Origin: Prochlorococcus sp. AG-449-G23
GTDB taxonomy: Bacteria > Cyanobacteriota > Cyanobacteriia > PCC-6307 > Cyanobiaceae
DNA length: 64,000 nucleotides
Assembly (NCBI GenBank): GCA_003209585.1
Contig: QCQJ01000004.1
Span: forward strand, 6,373 to 70,372
Reading direction: 5' to 3'
Positions within the stretch are counted from its first letter, which is position 1; each line of letters begins with the position of its first letter. Below are positions 49,293-62,421 of this stretch, piece after piece. The notes under the pieces were generated by a model. That model had not been told where the DNA came from. It searched no databases and was given only the letters and a program-made list of their open reading frames with translations. The position numbers were made by a program, and so were the translations under genes.

Positions 49293-50002
49293 GTTTCTGA
49301 TACTTTTTTAGAGAATCCCCAAATAAAAGCAAAAAGAATCAAAATATAAAAATAATAGTCTGGAAGAATAGATTCTTTAATTAACGTATTTAGTAAAAGT
49401 TTAATCCCAACAATTAAAATTGCTACGTAACCGGCTGTTTCTAATCTAGAAAATATATCCAGTAATTTTAGAAAAATCCCCGATGTAAATCTTAAGGCTA
49501 GTACCCCAATTAGTGCTCCAAATATTATTAATATGTATTGATCACTGATAGCTACTGCAGTAGTAATACTATCAATGGAAAATGCAAAATCAGTAATTGA
49601 GAGAAGTGCTACAACTCTTAAGAATCTAAAATTTTTCTTATTATTGTCTGTACCATTTTTAGGGTTTTCTACATCAGAACTAGAAATAACATTTGTGAAG
49701 AACAAATATATTAAATAAAAACCAGCAAAAACCCTAATAAGAATAAACTTGAGAAGAACATTAGATAATATGATGAGAATAATTCTAAATAATAAAGATA
49801 TTGTTATACCAATATTTAAGGCTCTTGACCTTAATTCTGAACTATCGAGGGATTTAGTAAGAGAAGCTAGTGCGACAGCATTATCCGCCGATAATAGTAA
49901 TTCTAATGCAATTAATATTGGTAAAAGTGTAAAGATTTCATACCAACTGTCTACCTGATCTAGTGTGGGTATAAAAGAATTTATTGCGGCTGAATCCATC
50001 AA
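49289..50002 (-). CDS. TerC-family membrane protein
   Basis: LELLLSADNA and DFAFSIDSI motifs. Confidence 0.88.
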   Translation of the reverse strand: MMDSAAINSFIPTLDQVDSWYEIFTLLPILIALELLLSADNAVALASLTKSLDSSELRSRALNIGITISLLFRIILIILSNVLLKFILIRVFAGFYLIYLFFTNVISSSDVENPKNGTDNNKKNFRFLRVVALLSITDFAFSIDSITTAVAISDQYILIIFGALIGVLALRFTSGIFLKLLDIFSRLETAGYVAILIVGIKLLLNTLIKESILPDYYFYILILFAFIWGFSKKVSET

Positions 50003-50073
50003 ATATTATTCACAATCAGTATAAAATCTAATATAATATATCGGTTATTTGTAATCAAGATTGATAAATATAA

Positions 50074-53000
50074 ATGAGTTTAAATACTTTAGTTGATTAT
50101 ATTTCTAACTCACAAATTACTTCTGAATTAATAAAAAAAATCTCAAAAAATAATGAATTAAATATTGTTGGTTCAAGTAGATATGCTAAATCAATAATCT
50201 TAAATAGCATCGCAAAAAAAGAAGAAAAAAATATATTATTAATTTGTCCTAATGTAGAAATTGCCTACAAATGGATTGGTTATTTTGAAAGTATAAATGA
50301 TAAAGCAGTTTTTTATTATCCTCCAACAGAACATCTACCATACTCATCAATTAATAAATCCAAAGAAATTGAATTTAGTCAGCTTACTGTTTTATCCAAA
50401 TTAATAAAAAAAGAAAAAAAGGAACTTAATATAGTTATATCAACAGAGAGATCACTTCAACCTCATCTAATAAATAAAAACTCTTTTATTGAAAACAAGT
50501 TAGATTTGCAAAAAGGGGTTCAAATCGAGATTCAAGAATTAGCAAATAAACTTACTTTGCTTGGTTATACAAAGGAAAATATGACTTCAACAGAAGGATT
50601 CTGGAGCAGGAGAGGAGAAATAATAGATATCTATCCTGTCAATAATGAGTTTCCCATAAGATTAGAATTTTTTGATAATGTAATTGAAAAAATAAGAGAA
50701 TATGATCCCCATACACAGAAAACATTAGAAAGTATCAATAATATTGAAATAATACAGGCTGGATTTGATTTGCTAATAAAAGATAAGTTAAATGATTTAT
50801 CTAAGAACAGTATTTTTAATTCAGAAGATTTAAATAAAAATAATCTTGACCGTTATTTAGGAATAATTGAAAAAGAACCCTCAAATATAATAGATTTTAT
50901 AAATAGGGAAACAATTTTAGTAATTGATGAATTAGAAGATTGTAAAAAATTTGGGTATAATTGGTATTTAGATTCAGCAAGTAATTTTGATAATTGTGCT
51001 TTTGAAATAAATGAAAACCTTAAAAATAATGATATTAATTTAAAGGCTAAGCCTAATTTGCATTTAAGTTTTGATGAAATATTAAATTCGCTTGGAAATT
51101 TAAATTTAATAAAATTGTATGAATTTGAATCTAAAGACAATATTGATAATAGGTTTTTATTAAACGATAAAAGATTAAATTCATACTCTAAAAATATAGG
51201 GAAATTATCCAACGATATAAATAAAAATATAAAAAATAAAGAAAAAGTATGGATATTATCAGCACAGCCATTGAGAACAAGGACTTTACTTTTTGAACAC
51301 GAATGTAATACTAACTTCTTGAACAATCCTACTGATATTAATGAAGCATTTAAATCAATTAATAATTCAACTCCTTTAATTATAAAAAATAAGAACAATT
51401 ATGAAATCGAGGGTTTTTATCTTCCGATATGGAAAGTTGTCCTCATAACAGATAAAGAATTATTTTCACAACAATCTCTTTTTAATAATGTATTTATAAG
51501 AAGAAAAAAAAGAAGTGTCAATTCAAATATAAATGTGAATAAGATTAGTCCAGGTGATTATATAGTTCATAAAAATCATGGAATAGGAAAATTTTTAAAA
51601 ATAGAAAAAATAAATATAACTGGAGATTCAAGAGATTATTTAGTAATTCAGTATCAAGATGGGAAAATAAGTGTTGCAGCTGATCAACTTGGTAGTGTTA
51701 ACAGATATAGATCAAACGGAAATATAAAGCCAAAAATAAATAAATTAGGAGGGACAGAATGGGAAAGAATTAAAGATAAAAATAAGAAACAAATCAAAAA
51801 AGTTGCTGTCGATATATTAAAACTTTATGCAAAGAGAGAAAAATTAAAAGGGCACATATACCCAGAAGATGGTCCTTGGCAAGATGAATTAGAGGAATCA
51901 TTCCCTTATCAACCAACACCAGATCAAATTACAGCTGTAAAAGAAATAAAATCTGATATGCAAAGCGAAAAGCCAATGGACAGGTTAGTTTGTGGAGATG
52001 TGGGATTTGGCAAAACAGAGGTAGCTATTAGGGCTATTTTTAAAGCTATTACATCAGGCAAGCAGGTAATATTATTAGCACCTACAACAATTCTGGCTCA
52101 GCAACATTGGAGAACTATAAATAATAGATTTTCACCTTACCCAATAAAAGTTTCATTACTCAATAGATTCAAAACCCTTAATGAGAGAAAGGAAATCTAT
52201 GCAGGATTAAAAAATAACAAAATTGATTTAGTAGTTGCAACGCATCAAATTTTAGGAAAAGAAATTGAAATAAAAAACTTAGGACTACTTGTTATCGATG
52301 AAGAACAAAGATTTGGAGTAAGGCAAAAGGAGAAAATTAAAAAAATCAAAACTAATATTGACGTTTTAACACTTTCGGCAACTCCAATTCCAAGAACTCT
52401 TTATATGAGCTTATCTGGACTGAGACAAATGAGCTTACTAAATACGCCTCCTCCATCAAGAAGATCAATTAAAACATATTTATCTGAAATAGATATGGAT
52501 GTTATAAGAACTGCAATTAATCAAGAACTTGATAGAGGAGGTCAAATATTTTATGTTCTTCCAAGAATTTCTGATATTGATCAAGCCGCAAACAAATTAA
52601 AAAATATGTTTCCTAGCTTAAAATTTATCGTGGCTCATGGACAAATGAACGAAACAGAGCTTGAAAATGCAATGATTGCCTTTAATAACGGAGAAGTAGA
52701 TCTAATGATTTGCACAACGATAATTGAAAGTGGATTAGACATTCCTAAAGTAAATACGATTATTATTGAAGATTCTCACAAATTTGGACTTTCACAACTT
52801 TATCAACTTAGAGGAAGAGTTGGTAGAAGCGGGGTTCAAGCACATGCTTGGTTATTTTATCCAAATATAAATAAAATTAATGACGCCGCAAAACAAAGAT
52901 TGAAAGCGATAAAAGACTTTTCGGAACTAGGAAGTGGATATCAACTTGCAATGAAAGATATGGAAATAAGAGGTGTTGGAAGTTTACTAGGAGAAGAACA

Positions 53001-53586
53001 GAGTGGAAAGGTTAATTCTATTGGATATGATTTATATATAGAAATGCTCCATGAGGCTATTTCAGAAATCAGCGGTCAAGAAATACCAGAAGTTAGCGAT
53101 ACACAAATTGATCTCCCAATAAATGCATTTATACCTGCAACATGGATATTAAACAGAGAAGAGAAGCTTGAGGCTTACAAATCTGCTACTGAATGTTCAA
53201 ATAATAATGAATTAACTGAATTAGCTACAGACTGGGTGAATAGATATGGAACTTTACCAAAACCTGTTGAGTCCTTAATTAACATAATGAGACTAAAATT
53301 ACTTGCTAAAAAATGTGGTTTTAATAAGATCAAACTCAAAAAGCCAAACATCGTGATTGAGACAAAATTAAGAAATTCTACTTTTAAAATTCTTAAAAAT
53401 TCCTTAGCAAGTAGTGTTCAAAATAAATTTAATTTTGATGAAGGAGAAAAATCATCAATCATAACTATAAGGGGCTTAGGAGTAACTGAAATACAAAATC
53501 AAATTGATCAACTAATCTTGTGGTTTGCGTCTTTTGAAAGAGTAATAAAGAATTTCGATAATGATCTTCTTATCAAAAAAGAATAA
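50074..53586 (+). CDS. mfd: Transcription-repair coupling factor
   Basis: RID domain [42 protein letters not shown] motif. Confidence 0.97.
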   Translation: MSLNTLVDYISNSQITSELIKKISKNNELNIVGSSRYAKSIILNSIAKKEEKNILLICPNVEIAYKWIGYFESINDKAVFYYPPTEHLPYSSINKSKEIEFSQLTVLSKLIKKEKKELNIVISTERSLQPHLINKNSFIENKLDLQKGVQIEIQELANKLTLLGYTKENMTSTEGFWSRRGEIIDIYPVNNEFPIRLEFFDNVIEKIREYDPHTQKTLESINNIEIIQAGFDLLIKDKLNDLSKNSIFNSEDLNKNNLDRYLGIIEKEPSNIIDFINRETILVIDELEDCKKFGYNWYLDSASNFDNCAFEINENLKNNDINLKAKPNLHLSFDEILNSLGNLNLIKLYEFESKDNIDNRFLLNDKRLNSYSKNIGKLSNDINKNIKNKEKVWILSAQPLRTRTLLFEHECNTNFLNNPTDINEAFKSINNSTPLIIKNKNNYEIEGFYLPIWKVVLITDKELFSQQSLFNNVFIRRKKRSVNSNINVNKISPGDYIVHKNHGIGKFLKIEKINITGDSRDYLVIQYQDGKISVAADQLGSVNRYRSNGNIKPKINKLGGTEWERIKDKNKKQIKKVAVDILKLYAKREKLKGHIYPEDGPWQDELEESFPYQPTPDQITAVKEIKSDMQSEKPMDRLVCGDVGFGKTEVAIRAIFKAITSGKQVILLAPTTILAQQHWRTINNRFSPYPIKVSLLNRFKTLNERKEIYAGLKNNKIDLVVATHQILGKEIEIKNLGLLVIDEEQRFGVRQKEKIKKIKTNIDVLTLSATPIPRTLYMSLSGLRQMSLLNTPPPSRRSIKTYLSEIDMDVIRTAINQELDRGGQIFYVLPRISDIDQAANKLKNMFPSLKFIVAHGQMNETELENAMIAFNNGEVDLMICTTIIESGLDIPKVNTIIIEDSHKFGLSQLYQLRGRVGRSGVQAHAWLFYPNINKINDAAKQRLKAIKDFSELGSGYQLAMKDMEIRGVGSLLGEEQSGKVNSIGYDLYIEMLHEAISEISGQEIPEVSDTQIDLPINAFIPATWILNREEKLEAYKSATECSNNNELTELATDWVNRYGTLPKPVESLINIMRLKLLAKKCGFNKIKLKKPNIVIETKLRNSTFKILKNSLASSVQNKFNFDEGEKSSIITIRGLGVTEIQNQIDQLILWFASFERVIKNFDNDLLIKKE

Positions 53587-53655
53587 ATTATTAAAAAATT
53601 ATTTAAAATCCGCGAAAGAGTTAATTTTTGGTTAAATTTATTAAAAATCTTATTT

Positions 53656-53817
53656 ATGGGTGAATATATTGATCTTGGAGTACAAACTTCCGTTTTACCC
53701 TTAACAATAGTTTTGTCATCTATTCTACTTGGGATCTACGCACTTTTTGGAGTAGAAACAGAAAATGACGATGATGATTCTGATTCAGGAAGCGGAGGCT
53801 TAATGCAACCAATCTGA
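53656..53817 (+). CDS. Small single-TM protein with DDDD..GGLMQP tail (53 aa)
   Basis: MGEYIDLGVQTSVLPLTIVLSSILLGIYALFGVETENDDDDSDSGSGGLMQPI*. Confidence 0.7.
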   Translation: MGEYIDLGVQTSVLPLTIVLSSILLGIYALFGVETENDDDDSDSGSGGLMQPI

Positions 53818-53819
53818 AA

Positions 53820-54188
53820 TTATTTATAATTTATTACTCTAGTTTTTCTTTTTATAATCCTAATTATCCTATATAAAGATCCTATCAATAAAATTATAAT
53901 TGCAACGTAAGAAATAATCATAAAAATCACCAAAAATATTTCAGCTAAGTTTGAAAAGAGATCAATAAATAGTTTAAAAGATCTATTTAGAGTATCTGGT
54001 AGATTTTGTAAAATCAGTTCTTTATTAGGTATTAAATAATTTATGTAAACTAAAGTAAGACTAAAAATAAACATAAAAGCAGATTCAATGAATAGTCTTC
54101 TTTTAGATTTTCTTCTTAAACTTAATTTTTTTTTAAAGATATATTTATTAGAATTCATACCTAAATTTGGTATTTTTAAATCTGCCAT
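53820..54188 (-). CDS. Hypothetical membrane protein
   Basis: Basic N-terminus and two TMs. Confidence 0.6.
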   Translation of the reverse strand: MADLKIPNLGMNSNKYIFKKKLSLRRKSKRRLFIESAFMFIFSLTLVYINYLIPNKELILQNLPDTLNRSFKLFIDLFSNLAEIFLVIFMIISYVAIIILLIGSLYRIIRIIKRKTRVINYK

Positions 54189-54277
54189 ACATCAAAGCCA
54201 AAAGAATAAATTTGTAATTATTCTGAAAAGAAATTAACCTATACTATCGTGCTTGCATTTAGGATGCTAATAGGTCT

Positions 54278-54868
54278 TTATTTTATATTTATTAATTCAT
54301 TCTTTTCCTTATCTTCAACAGGACTATAAAAATAAATAAAAGTAGAGGAGAATAGAATTAAAGAACAAATTGCGATAAGCGGCGGCATAAAGAAATTAAA
54401 AATTTTAACTCGATTATTTAAACCAAATCTTACTTTTCGAGGGGCATTATGAAATGTATCTATTTTTTTTACTCTAACTTTTGATGATTCATTTAATTGA
54501 TCAAAACAATTAATAGTATCTGACAACAATGAATTACCAATCTTTAAAATTAAGGGTTTTATATTTGGTTTTGAGCTCTTTAGAACAATCTTGTGTATGT
54601 AGAGATTATCAGCTTTTATATCAATTAATTTAGACTCATATATTGGGATTTCATTTTTAAGTAAAAGATTTGAATAAAAATAAAATGCATCCATAATAGG
54701 ACCTAAATGTTCAACTTTACCTTCAATAAGAGGTTTATCAACCATAGATAATTTCCATTGTGAAATTATTGATATTTGATCTTTATTTTCATTATTTGAA
54801 TAATCAGGCAATCCTATTATTTCAAGACTCACAGAAGATTGATGAAATGATAATTTATTTTGCATCAT
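54278..54868 (-). CDS. DUF4335 family protein
   Basis: LEIIGLPDYS, LIEGKVEHL, LKSSKP..PL.L, C-terminal TM. Confidence 0.7.
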   Translation of the reverse strand: MMQNKLSFHQSSVSLEIIGLPDYSNNENKDQISIISQWKLSMVDKPLIEGKVEHLGPIMDAFYFYSNLLLKNEIPIYESKLIDIKADNLYIHKIVLKSSKPNIKPLILKIGNSLLSDTINCFDQLNESSKVRVKKIDTFHNAPRKVRFGLNNRVKIFNFFMPPLIAICSLILFSSTFIYFYSPVEDKEKNELINIK

Positions 54869-54870
54869 AT

Positions 54871-55395
54871 TTAAAAATCAAATAAAAGATTCTTCAACTT
54901 CTGATAACCTTGATTTGAGATACAAAAAGATAAAGTAATCAAAGACTTAATGATTGTTTCATCATTTTCATCTTGATTTAAAAGCTTTTTCACTCTAATA
55001 CTATCTTTATTAAATCTCTCGTTAATTAACTCAATAAATCTTTTACTAAAATCATTATAAATTACCGAATTCTCCTGATTATTTTCTTTAGATTTAAGTA
55101 TTTCTCTAATATAAGGATAAAGATATTTAGACATTTCAACGGTGATTTTAATTAAAGCATCAAGTTCATCTGGTTTAATATTGTTATTAACATAAGATTT
55201 TCTCAATGGATTACTATTTCTTATTTTCCAAATAGTAACTTTATTTGGCAAAATATCATTTAAATTAAGTCTATTTGATAAGGCGTAAAGGGACTGGATT
55301 CCATTTAAGTCAATAGTTTCTAGTATTAATAATAATAAATCAAGCTTCTCTATAGATTTTCTTGATACCTGATTTCCTCTAGTTAAAACTGTAAT
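54871..55395 (-). CDS. DUF3038 family protein (true start uncertain, possibly ATT at 55395)
   Basis: The frame stays open 5' of the TTG called by the ORF track and encodes KLDLLLLILETIDLNG...LPNKVTIWKIRNSNPLR. Confidence 0.7.
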   Translation of the reverse strand: MTVLTRGNQVSRKSIEKLDLLLLILETIDLNGIQSLYALSNRLNLNDILPNKVTIWKIRNSNPLRKSYVNNNIKPDELDALIKITVEMSKYLYPYIREILKSKENNQENSVIYNDFSKRFIELINERFNKDSIRVKKLLNQDENDETIIKSLITLSFCISNQGYQKLKNLLFDF

Positions 55396-55434
55396 TGTTC
55401 TTTATTAAAATATGAACAAATTATAACAGAATTA

Positions 55435-55632
55435 TTAATCCATTTTTTGAAATAAAAATGAATATAACTTATCTAGTTCTTCAATAGTTAGCATTCCATA
55501 ACTCCATAATAATATTGGTAATGGAGTGTTATTTTTTATAGATAATTTTATACCAAGTTCAATAGTAGATTCATCTAATCCTAATACATTAAATAAATAA
55601 ATTATCATTTCTCTAGATACATAATTATTCAT
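55435..55632 (-). CDS. DUF2949 family protein
   Basis: LGL....I.LG....PLPILLWSYGMLTIEEL. Confidence 0.8.
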   Translation of the reverse strand: MNNYVSREMIIYLFNVLGLDESTIELGIKLSIKNNTPLPILLWSYGMLTIEELDKLYSFLFQKMD

Positions 55633-55637
55633 GAATT

Positions 55638-56792
55638 CTATTTAATACTTGAGTAAATGAGAGATTTAGTCATTTGATTTAAGACTAATTTTCTTGTAAA
55701 AAGAAATTTATTTAAAAGTAAAAATGAAAATTTCCTTATTGGAAATAAAAAAACGTTTCTATTAGCAAAAATTGATATCAATGAGTCAGTTATAAAAATA
55801 GTGACGATAATATCTAAAATCCTGCTTGAAAAATACTTAAATTTAAATAATATCAATTGCATTTTAGTAATAGCAGTATTTTTATTAAAAAGATCATAAA
55901 TAGTATTAACATCTCTCCAACAAGTATTAAGACCCTGACCACCAACAGGATGAAATGTATGAAATGCATCTCCTACAAAAACAAATTTTTTAAGATTTAA
56001 AATTGGTAAATTTAAGGATAATGAAACAGGAAAAATATTAAATTCGCCAATTATTTGGTCCAACTTAAATTCATCTGGCAAGATTGTTGATAAATTATCC
56101 ATTATAAAATTCTTGTCAGAATTTAACCTTTCAATTGCCTTTAATGTACTGGAGGTCCAAATTACTTGATATAAGTTTTTTTCTAAAGGTAATAATGCAA
56201 GTGGGCCTTCTTTTCTAAAAATTTCATAAGCACGTTTTTCACAATGACCTCTAAGAGAAACTTTAAAAGTTAAACAAGACTGGCTATACGATTTTTTTAT
56301 ATCAACAAAACTTAAGAATTTTTTATCAAGTGAGTTTGCTCCTGTTGAAAAGAATTGATAATCAAATAATATTTTTTCACGTAACAATCTCTGTGGTGTC
56401 ATAAAAAAAATATTTTCATAATTATCAATCTCTTGAAAGAATATGTTCATGAGATCCGAATGTTTAATTACCCAGCCAATATTTTCAGCAGAACTTATAT
56501 CATTATCTAAGTCGGAAGTTGATAAATTGGTAAAAGAAGAAGTTACGCTATCTGAAATTGAAAGGGTATCAAAGCCAAATAAAAATGGTTCTAATTTTTC
56601 CCAAAGACCGAATTTAGATAAGATTTTTCTTGTGGAGTGAGTAATTGCATAAGTTTTATCTTTATCAATTAATCTATCTTTTGTTAATAAATCAGTTAAA
56701 AAAATATTGCAATCAAATTTTGAAAGTGCAATTGAAAGTAATAATCCTGTGGGACCTGATCCAACAATTTTAAAATTTAAATTATTTTTCAT
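55638..56792 (-). CDS. FAD-dependent hydroxylase (UbiH/VisC family)
   Basis: IVGSGPTG, GPLALLP, VGDAFHTFHPVGGQGLN. Confidence 0.88.
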   Translation of the reverse strand: MKNNLNFKIVGSGPTGLLLSIALSKFDCNIFLTDLLTKDRLIDKDKTYAITHSTRKILSKFGLWEKLEPFLFGFDTLSISDSVTSSFTNLSTSDLDNDISSAENIGWVIKHSDLMNIFFQEIDNYENIFFMTPQRLLREKILFDYQFFSTGANSLDKKFLSFVDIKKSYSQSCLTFKVSLRGHCEKRAYEIFRKEGPLALLPLEKNLYQVIWTSSTLKAIERLNSDKNFIMDNLSTILPDEFKLDQIIGEFNIFPVSLSLNLPILNLKKFVFVGDAFHTFHPVGGQGLNTCWRDVNTIYDLFNKNTAITKMQLILFKFKYFSSRILDIIVTIFITDSLISIFANRNVFLFPIRKFSFLLLNKFLFTRKLVLNQMTKSLIYSSIK

Positions 56793-56811
56793 TAGTAAAT
56801 ATAAATATCAT

Positions 56812-57453
56812 CTATCTATTCAAATAAATATAGCAAATTTCCTCAAATGCTGGTCTTAATAAATAGGGGTACTCACCAACCCATAAGTTAATTTCAGGAA
56901 GCCAAGCATCGGTCAAATAAAAATCTCTATCAAAATTACGGTTATCAGATGTTATTAAACATCTAATACTCGAACCCACCCTAATTTGACTGTGCTTATT
57001 TTCCATAGGAAAACTTAATTTCTCCAAATAACCATCTTCATCTTCTAATTCAAGTACTAACCAAGTCCTTTTGTTTTCGATAACTTCTAATCGACCTTGC
57101 CTATTAGATTGTTCTCTTGAACTTTCAATCTTTTCTGTTTTATAGATATCTGATATATAGCCATCAAATATAGAAAAAAATTTATATTTTCTTAATTTCA
57201 AATTTTTTCTACTTGATTCAAGAATTGGGCCCCAGATAATATACAAAAAGAAACCTACACATAGGAATAACCAAAAATTATTAGTTTGATCTCCAGTCGA
57301 ACTAATAATTAATGAGATAAATCCACCGATTGAAGAAACTATTACTCTTTGAAGAATTTTTCTCGGATTCCCCAACGCGTACTTAAATTGACTTCCTGTA
57401 CCAACTGCAGGAATAAGTTTTGAAATTTGACTCGAATTAATTGGGATTAACAT
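56812..57453 (-). CDS. Conserved cyanobacterial membrane protein
   Basis: LIPAVGTGSQF, two TMs, WVGEYPYLLRPAF. Confidence 0.7.
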   Translation of the reverse strand: MLIPINSSQISKLIPAVGTGSQFKYALGNPRKILQRVIVSSIGGFISLIISSTGDQTNNFWLFLCVGFFLYIIWGPILESSRKNLKLRKYKFFSIFDGYISDIYKTEKIESSREQSNRQGRLEVIENKRTWLVLELEDEDGYLEKLSFPMENKHSQIRVGSSIRCLITSDNRNFDRDFYLTDAWLPEINLWVGEYPYLLRPAFEEICYIYLNR

Positions 57454-57454
57454 T

Positions 57455-58303
57455 TTAAAAAATCAATTTTTCAAGTCCGTAAACTAAAGTTTCATAATTA
57501 CCAATTTTTTTAATAGCCTGTAAAACTCCTGGCATATATGCCTTTCTATCAATAGTGTCATGCTTAATTGTGTAAGTTTCACCAGGAGATCCCATAATTA
57601 CTAACTGATGAGCGAGTAATCCTGGTAATCGTACAGAATGTATATTAATTCCTGAATCTCTAAGCCCACCCCGTACACCTTTCAATGACTCAGACTCTTT
57701 TACTAAATTCTGATTAAATTTCTTTGGATATTCTTCAATCATTTCTGCAGTTTTTATACACGTCCCACTAGGAGAATCAGCTTTTTGATTATGATGCATC
57801 TCTATTAATTCAATATTGTCATAAAACCTTGCAGCTACCGATGCCGCCTGCTGAAGAAGAACCATACCTACTGAAAAATTTGGAATTATTGCACAACCAA
57901 CCGATGCTTTCTGTGCAAAAACAGACAAATCTTGTATTTGCGAAGGGGTTAGACCTGTAGTTCCTACTACTGGTGATACACCATATGCAATAGCTGATCT
58001 GGTATTTTCATATACAGAATCAGGATGAGTAAAATCAACCAGCACAGGTTTGATGTTTTCATTTCTATAATTTTGACTAACTGAACATAAAGTCCCTTCA
58101 AAATCATTTGAAACAAAAACATCACAATTTTTTACCTTTAATAATTCAGAAATATTTGAGCCATTGTTCTTTTCGTTTATATCGATTGCTGCAACAAGTT
58201 CACAATCTGTAGAATTTAATACAGTATTAACAACTTCGCTACCCATTTTGCCTAAAGCTCCGGATACTAGTACTGGTACTGGTTTTTTAGAATTTTTAAT
58301 CAT
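57455..58303 (-). CDS. dapB: 4-hydroxy-tetrahydrodipicolinate reductase
   Basis: [30 protein letters not shown]. Confidence 0.96.
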   Translation of the reverse strand: MIKNSKKPVPVLVSGALGKMGSEVVNTVLNSTDCELVAAIDINEKNNGSNISELLKVKNCDVFVSNDFEGTLCSVSQNYRNENIKPVLVDFTHPDSVYENTRSAIAYGVSPVVGTTGLTPSQIQDLSVFAQKASVGCAIIPNFSVGMVLLQQAASVAARFYDNIELIEMHHNQKADSPSGTCIKTAEMIEEYPKKFNQNLVKESESLKGVRGGLRDSGINIHSVRLPGLLAHQLVIMGSPGETYTIKHDTIDRKAYMPGVLQAIKKIGNYETLVYGLEKLIF

Positions 58304-58405
58304 TTTTTAAATAATTTTTTTTTAAAAGGTTGTTACACGCTATTTATATTGCACACAATAACGTCTTTTCACTCGTAGGCTGGTAGAAATACTTAAAGAA
58401 AATCA

Positions 58406-61400
58406 ATGTTTACGCAGGTCCGCTCAGCAAACCGCAGAGTATCTCCTGTTGAGGATAACAAACACAAAGTTGTAATTAAAGCAGTTTATGTTGTCCTTGA
58501 GCCACAATACCAAAATTCCTTAACGGAAGCTGCAAAGTCAATAAATAAAATGAATGGGCCAATAGGTATAGACCTTAGCGGCTATCTTATCGAAGAACTT
58601 AGAAATGATAGTAATTTTGAAGATTTTAAAGAAGATATAGCTAATGCAGATATATTCGTTGCTTCTCTAATTTTCATTGAAGACCTTGCTCAGAAAGTGG
58701 TTGATGCAGTATCTCCATATAAAGACAAACTTAAAGCATCAATTATTTTCCCCTCCATGCCAGAGGTAATGAGATTAAATAAGTTAGGTTCATTTAGTAT
58801 GGCTCAACTTGGTCAATCTAAAAGTATTATTGGAGATTTAATAAAAAAGAAAAAAGAATCTGATGGAGCAAGTTTCCAAGATTCAATGTTGAAGTTATTA
58901 AATACACTACCTTCAATACTTAAATATCTACCAGTAGAAAAAGCTCAAGATGCTAGAACATTTATTCTGAGTTTTCAGTACTGGTTAGGTGGTACCACTG
59001 AGAACTTAAAAAACTTCTTGTTAATGATTTCTGAAAAGTACGCTGTTTCAGAGATCATAAAAGATCAAATAGAAGAATTCAAAATTCAAGACCCTGAAAC
59101 ATTCCCAGATTTAGGAATTTGGCATCCTCTTGCCCCTTGCATGTTTGAAAGTCTTAAAGAATATCAAAATTGGGAAAATAATAGGAAAGATATAAATCCT
59201 AAAGATGACAAAACTCCAACAATAGGCTTAGTGCTTCAAAGGAGTCATATCGTTACGGGAGATGATGCTCATTACGTTGCTGTTATTCAAGAATTGGAAT
59301 ACAGAGGTGCGAGAGTACTACCTATCTTCTGTGGAGGTCTAGATTTTTCTAAACCAGTTAATGAATTTTATTATGATTCCATAAATAAGGATGAACCTAT
59401 AGTAGATGGAGTTGTATCTCTAACAGGATTTGCACTAGTTGGTGGGCCAGCGAGACAAGATCATCCTAAAGCTATTGAGGCCCTAAAAAGATTAAATAGA
59501 CCCTATATGGTTGCACTTCCATTAGTCTTCCAAACCACACAAGAATGGGAAGATAGTGATCTAGGCTTACACCCTGTTCAGGTCGCACTTCAAATTGCGA
59601 TTCCAGAACTAGATGGTGCAATTGAACCTATTATTCTCTCAGGTCGTGATGATGCTACTGGTAAGGCGCATACGCTCCAAGATCGAGTTGATGTAATAGC
59701 TGAAAGAGCAATAAAATGGTCAACTTTAAGAGTTAAACAAAGAAAGGATAAAAAATTAGCCATCACAGTATTTAGTTTTCCACCAGACAAAGGAAATGTT
59801 GGTACGGCAGCATACCTAAATGTTTTTGGTTCAATTTATAGAGTACTTCTTGAAATGAAATCGAAAGGATATCAAATAGATGGACTTCCAAGTAATTCAA
59901 AAGAATTAATGGAAAAAGTAATTAACAATCCTGAGGCAATGGAAGGCTCTCCAGAGTTAAATATTGCTCATAAGATGTCAGTAAAAGAATACGAAGAGTT
60001 CACACCATATTCACAAAGACTTGAGGAGAATTGGGGTAAACCACCTGGGAACCTAAATACTGACGGTCAAAATCTGCTTATATATGGAAAACATTTTGGA
60101 AATGTTTTTATAGGTGTCCAACCTACATTCGGTTATGAAGGCGATCCTATGAGATTGCTCTATTCAAGAAGTGCTAGTCCTCATCATGGTTTTGCTGCTT
60201 ATTACACTTATGTTGAAAAAATCTGGGGGGCTGACGCTGTTCTTCATTTTGGAACTCACGGCTCACTTGAATTTATGCCTGGGAAGCAGATGGGCATGAG
60301 TGAAACTTGCTATCCGGATTCTCTCATTGGATCATTGCCTAATTTGTATTACTATGCTGCGAATAATCCATCTGAGGCAACAATTGCGAAGAGAAGAGGA
60401 TATGCTTCAACTATTAGTTATCTGACTCCTCCAGCGGAAAATGCAGGACTCTACAAAGGACTTAAAGAACTAAGTGAACTCGTTGGTTCTTATCAACAAT
60501 TAAGAGAAAATAGCAGGGGTATTCAAATTGTTAATGCAATAGTTGAGACTTCTAAACAATGTAACCTTGACAAAGATGTAGAGCTCCCTTCAAAAGACAT
60601 AGAGGAACTTTCTCTAGATGAAAGAGATTTATTTGTTGGTAATGTCTATAAACAGTTGATGGAAATTGAGAGTAGATTGTTACCTTGCGGTCTTCATACT
60701 ATTGGAGAAGCTCCAACAGCAGAAGAAGCTGTTGCAACACTTGTAAATATTGCATCTTTAGAGAGAGAACAAGAAGGATTAAGATCTCTTCCTGGACTAC
60801 TAGCAGAATCCATCGGTCTAACTATTGAACAAATTTATGATGGTAATAATAAAGGTGAACTCAAATTTGTAGAGTTAAATGAAAAAATCATAAAGACAGC
60901 AAGAGATTCTATTTTCGCGATGGTTAACTCTTTAAAAATCGTTGATGGCAGAGTTTATTTAGAAAAATCACTTCTTTCTAAACTTTTTGACTTTCTTAAA
61001 GTATTCGGTCTAAATTTACCTACTCCATGGCTAAGAGTTTGTAGGTTAAATGGATTTAATGAAGTTAATCAGAAAGAATTAAATAAATTATTCGATTATT
61101 TACTTTTCTGCTTAGAACAGGTCTGTGCAGATAAAGAAATGGATAGCCTGATTAAAGCATTAGATGGCAATTATGTTTTGCCTGGCCCAGGAGGAGACCC
61201 CATAAGAAATCCAGGTGTTTTACCTAGTGGTAAAAACATCCATGCACTTGATCCTCAATCAATTCCAACTACAGCAGCAGTCGCGGCAGCAAAATCTGTT
61301 GTTGACAAATTAATTTCAAGACAAAAGGAAGAGCAAGGTAGTTGGCCTGAAACAATTGCCTGCGTGTTATGGGGTACAGATAACATCAAAACTTATGGTG

Positions 61401-62416
61401 AATCACTGGCCCAAATATTATGGTTTGTTGGAGTAAAACCAAAACCAGATTCCGTAGGGAGAATAAACAAATTAGAATTAATCCCTTTAGAAGAATTAGG
61501 TAGGCCAAGAATAGATGTAGTTGTTAATTGTTCTGGAGTATTCAGAGATCTATTTATCAATCAAATGGCATTAATAGATCAGGCAGTCAAATTAGCTGCT
61601 GAGGCTGATGAACCTTTAGAATCAAATTTTGTAAGAAAACATTCATTAGAACAATCGGAAAAAGAAGGTACCTCTATCAGAGAGGCTTCAGCGAGAGTAT
61701 TCTCTAATGCGAGTGGAAGCTATAGTTCAAATGTTAATTTAGCTGTAGAAAATTCAACTTGGGAGGAAGAAAATGAATTACAAGAAATGTATTTATCTCG
61801 TAAAACATATGCTTTTAATGCTGATAATCCAGGTGAAATGAATCAAAAGAGAGAGGTATTTGAATCTGTAATGAAAACAGCAGATGTTACATTTCAGAAC
61901 CTTGATTCCTCAGAAATTTCTCTAACAGATGTAAGTCATTATTTTGATTCTGATCCAACAAAATTAATTAAAACACTAAGAGATGATGGCAAAGAACCAA
62001 GTAGCTATATAGCAGACACTACCACTTCTAACGCTCAAGTTAGAACACTTGGAGAGACTATCAGATTAGACTCAAGGACAAAACTTTTAAATCCTAAGTG
62101 GTATGAAGGAATGCTCAAATCTGGTTATGAAGGAGTAAGAGAGCTCTCTAATAGACTTAATTACACACTTGGTTGGAGTGCGACAAGTGGACAAGTAGAT
62201 AATTTTGTTTATGAAGAAACTAATGAAACATTTATAAATGACGAAGAAATGAGAAAAAGACTGATGGATTTAAATCCAAATAGTTTTAGAAGGATAGTAG
62301 GGACTTTGCTAGAAGTTAATGGTAGAGGATACTGGGAAACCTCAGATGAAAATATAGAGCAGTTAAAAGAGCTTTACCAAGAGGTGGAGGATAAAATCGA
62401 AGGGGTTAAAGAATAA
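58406..62416 (+). CDS. chlH: Magnesium chelatase subunit H
   Basis: [45 protein letters not shown]. Confidence 0.97.
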   Translation: MFTQVRSANRRVSPVEDNKHKVVIKAVYVVLEPQYQNSLTEAAKSINKMNGPIGIDLSGYLIEELRNDSNFEDFKEDIANADIFVASLIFIEDLAQKVVDAVSPYKDKLKASIIFPSMPEVMRLNKLGSFSMAQLGQSKSIIGDLIKKKKESDGASFQDSMLKLLNTLPSILKYLPVEKAQDARTFILSFQYWLGGTTENLKNFLLMISEKYAVSEIIKDQIEEFKIQDPETFPDLGIWHPLAPCMFESLKEYQNWENNRKDINPKDDKTPTIGLVLQRSHIVTGDDAHYVAVIQELEYRGARVLPIFCGGLDFSKPVNEFYYDSINKDEPIVDGVVSLTGFALVGGPARQDHPKAIEALKRLNRPYMVALPLVFQTTQEWEDSDLGLHPVQVALQIAIPELDGAIEPIILSGRDDATGKAHTLQDRVDVIAERAIKWSTLRVKQRKDKKLAITVFSFPPDKGNVGTAAYLNVFGSIYRVLLEMKSKGYQIDGLPSNSKELMEKVINNPEAMEGSPELNIAHKMSVKEYEEFTPYSQRLEENWGKPPGNLNTDGQNLLIYGKHFGNVFIGVQPTFGYEGDPMRLLYSRSASPHHGFAAYYTYVEKIWGADAVLHFGTHGSLEFMPGKQMGMSETCYPDSLIGSLPNLYYYAANNPSEATIAKRRGYASTISYLTPPAENAGLYKGLKELSELVGSYQQLRENSRGIQIVNAIVETSKQCNLDKDVELPSKDIEELSLDERDLFVGNVYKQLMEIESRLLPCGLHTIGEAPTAEEAVATLVNIASLEREQEGLRSLPGLLAESIGLTIEQIYDGNNKGELKFVELNEKIIKTARDSIFAMVNSLKIVDGRVYLEKSLLSKLFDFLKVFGLNLPTPWLRVCRLNGFNEVNQKELNKLFDYLLFCLEQVCADKEMDSLIKALDGNYVLPGPGGDPIRNPGVLPSGKNIHALDPQSIPTTAAVAAAKSVVDKLISRQKEEQGSWPETIACVLWGTDNIKTYGESLAQILWFVGVKPKPDSVGRINKLELIPLEELGRPRIDVVVNCSGVFRDLFINQMALIDQAVKLAAEADEPLESNFVRKHSLEQSEKEGTSIREASARVFSNASGSYSSNVNLAVENSTWEEENELQEMYLSRKTYAFNADNPGEMNQKREVFESVMKTADVTFQNLDSSEISLTDVSHYFDSDPTKLIKTLRDDGKEPSSYIADTTTSNAQVRTLGETIRLDSRTKLLNPKWYEGMLKSGYEGVRELSNRLNYTLGWSATSGQVDNFVYEETNETFINDEEMRKRLMDLNPNSFRRIVGTLLEVNGRGYWETSDENIEQLKELYQEVEDKIEGVKE

Positions 62417-62421
62417 TATTT

